Assembly (NCBI RefSeq): GCF_029919255.1
Contig: NZ_CP123991.1
Coordinates: 2,890,434-2,922,433, forward strand
DNA length: 32,000 nt
Direction: 5' to 3'
From: a cyanobacterium endosymbiont of Epithemia clementina EcSB
Lineage (GTDB): Bacteria > Cyanobacteriota > Cyanobacteriia > Cyanobacteriales > Microcystaceae
Part shown: piece after piece, positions 30,523 to 32,000 of the stretch
How the letters are laid out: every line of letters starts with the position of its first letter
Position numbering within the stretch: the first letter of the stretch is position 1
Position numbers and translations under genes: made by a program
The notes under the pieces: model-generated
Told to the model about the DNA's origin: nothing
Databases searched by the model: none
The model's input: the letters and a program-made list of their open reading frames with translations, nothing else

Positions 30523-32000
30523 ATGAGAATAACTCAATCAAAATATAAAGTTGAATATATTCCTCATTATCAACCCAATCAACTGATCTGTGGTTATGGA
30601 CAGACTGCTATCATTACTGGATGGACACTTCGACAGTCAGTAGCTAAACATTTAAACCCAGAAGATTATGCAGTTATTGGTAATTTGTATAGTCCTACTA
30701 GGGGAATTAGTCCTTTAATTCGTAATTTATTAGCTAACCCTCATGTTCGGTATTTAGTTATTTTGCAGGCAACAAAAGAAGATAAAAATGCGGGAGGATG
30801 TCAATGTTTGTTGGATTTTTTACAACAAGGTTTTAGACAGGGAATCAGTGATACAGGTAAAAATATATGGGTAGTGAATTCTAAGATTACTGGATATATT
30901 GACATTGAAATCCCTGCTGATATCTCAGAAAATTTACGTCAATCTTTACAGTATAAAGAAGCAAGTTCAATTGAAGAAGCAATGAATATAATCCAAGAAT
31001 TTAATCAATTTAAAATAGAACCCTGGGGTAAACCATTAACTTTTCCTGAAAGAGAAAGTTACCCAACAGTTTTACCAGGTCCTAGATATGGTCATCGAAT
31101 TGAAGGAAAAACTATTGCAGAAACTTGGGTTAAAGTTTTACATAGAATTAAAACAACAGGAACAATTAGACAAACAATTTATGGACAATGGCAAGAATTA
31201 ATTGATCTAATAGCTATTGTTACTGATGAACCACCAGAGTTTTATTTTCCTGAGCCTAATTATTTACCTATTAAAAGAAATTTTCTTAGAGATTACATTG
31301 AACAAATATTAGACGATGCGCCCCAAAAAGAAGGAGTAAAATATACATATGGACAACGGTTAAGATCATGGTTTGGACAAGACCAAATTGAACAACTAAT
31401 TAATAAATTGGTAGGAGATATTAACTCATCAAGAGCCGTCATGTCATTGTGGGATGTAAGAGATTATGAAGATAGTGATAGTCCTCCCTGTCTCAATCAT
31501 ATTTGGGTAAGAATTGTTGATAATGAATTATCCTTAACTGCTACATTTCGTAGTAATGATATGTTTTCTGCTTGGCCAGCTAATGCAATGGGATTAAGAT
31601 TTTTGCAACAATTTATCCAAGATGAAATTATCAAAAAATCAAATGATAGTCTAATTTTAGGTCCTTTAATTATTATTAGTCAAAGCGCACATATTTATAG
31701 TGACTGCTGGGAACATACACAACGAATTATTGATACAGAATATACAAAAATAAATCAAAAAAGAAATTTTGATGACCCCAGTGGCAGCTTTTTAATTTCA
31801 GTCAAAGATAATCGTATTTTTGTTGAACATATAACCCCAGGTTCAGGAGAAATTGTTAACTGTTATTCAGGTAAACTTGCTCGTCAACTATATCAAAAAA
31901 TTGCCTTAAATTCTCCTAGTATTCAAATTGAACACGCGATGTATTTAGGGACAGAATTACAAAAAGCAGAATTGTGTTTAGTTAATAAACTAAACTGTTA
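30523..32000 (+). CDS. Thymidylate-synthase-like fusion protein: MtrA-like N-domain, ThyA-like catalytic domain and a DUF4346-like C-domain (3' end lies outside the window)
   Basis: An open frame of 492 codons runs from the ATG at 30523 to the window edge. It is absent from the ORF track because no stop lies inside the window; an in-frame TAA sits at 30517. ThyA motifs occur with E. coli-like spacing: nucleophile Cys323 in SPPCLNH (nt 31489-31491), R343-S-N-D 20 residues later, and P-A-N354 11 residues after the Arg, then SAHIY. The N-terminus (aa 20-105, AIITGW...GNLYSPTRGISPLIRNLLANPHVRYLVIL...GGCQCLLDFLQQG) resembles the MtrA fold family. The C-terminus (DDPSGSFLISVKDNRIFVEH...IEHAMYLGTELQKAE) resembles DUF4346. 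Confidence 0.8.
   Translation, partial: MRITQSKYKVEYIPHYQPNQLICGYGQTAIITGWTLRQSVAKHLNPEDYAVIGNLYSPTRGISPLIRNLLANPHVRYLVILQATKEDKNAGGCQCLLDFLQQGFRQGISDTGKNIWVVNSKITGYIDIEIPADISENLRQSLQYKEASSIEEAMNIIQEFNQFKIEPWGKPLTFPERESYPTVLPGPRYGHRIEGKTIAETWVKVLHRIKTTGTIRQTIYGQWQELIDLIAIVTDEPPEFYFPEPNYLPIKRNFLRDYIEQILDDAPQKEGVKYTYGQRLRSWFGQDQIEQLINKLVGDINSSRAVMSLWDVRDYEDSDSPPCLNHIWVRIVDNELSLTATFRSNDMFSAWPANAMGLRFLQQFIQDEIIKKSNDSLILGPLIIISQSAHIYSDCWEHTQRIIDTEYTKINQKRNFDDPSGSFLISVKDNRIFVEHITPGSGEIVNCYSGKLARQLYQKIALNSPSIQIEHAMYLGTELQKAELCLVNKLNC

Overview
AT-rich cyanobacterial chromosome segment. The protein sequences look closest to the unicellular Cyanothece/Crocosphaera type, but that placement is inference, since no search was possible. 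About 63% of the window is intact housekeeping genes: the thiL 3' end, a HesB/IscA-like gene, the str cluster rpsL-rpsG-fusA-tuf-rpsJ, pgsA, a rhomboid protease, folB, a DUF3318-like gene, sbcC, purF, purL, fabG, clpB, a divergent tmk-like kinase and a long thyA-like fusion gene that runs off the 3' end. The rest is unusual for a bacterium. Five ORF-free, very AT-rich stretches of 1.2-3.0 kb lie between intact genes. By conceptual translation, three of them contain heavily decayed copies of one ISL3-family transposase gene, all on the minus strand. A sixth gap holds a clearly recognisable Hsp33 (hslO) pseudogene. This pattern fits a genome undergoing reductive decay after an IS expansion, for example an obligate endosymbiont of the diatom spheroid-body type (hypothesis only). 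The best candidate for an uncharacterised system is the tmk-like kinase plus the three-domain MtrA-like/ThyA-like/DUF4346-like protein, which are now separated by an ISL3 relic. Several long perfect hairpins are also reported. Some are plausible intrinsic terminators; others sit inside decayed DNA. No tRNA, rRNA or CRISPR array was seen. All coordinates and motifs were read by eye from the sequence and the ORF track, and nothing was checked against a database.
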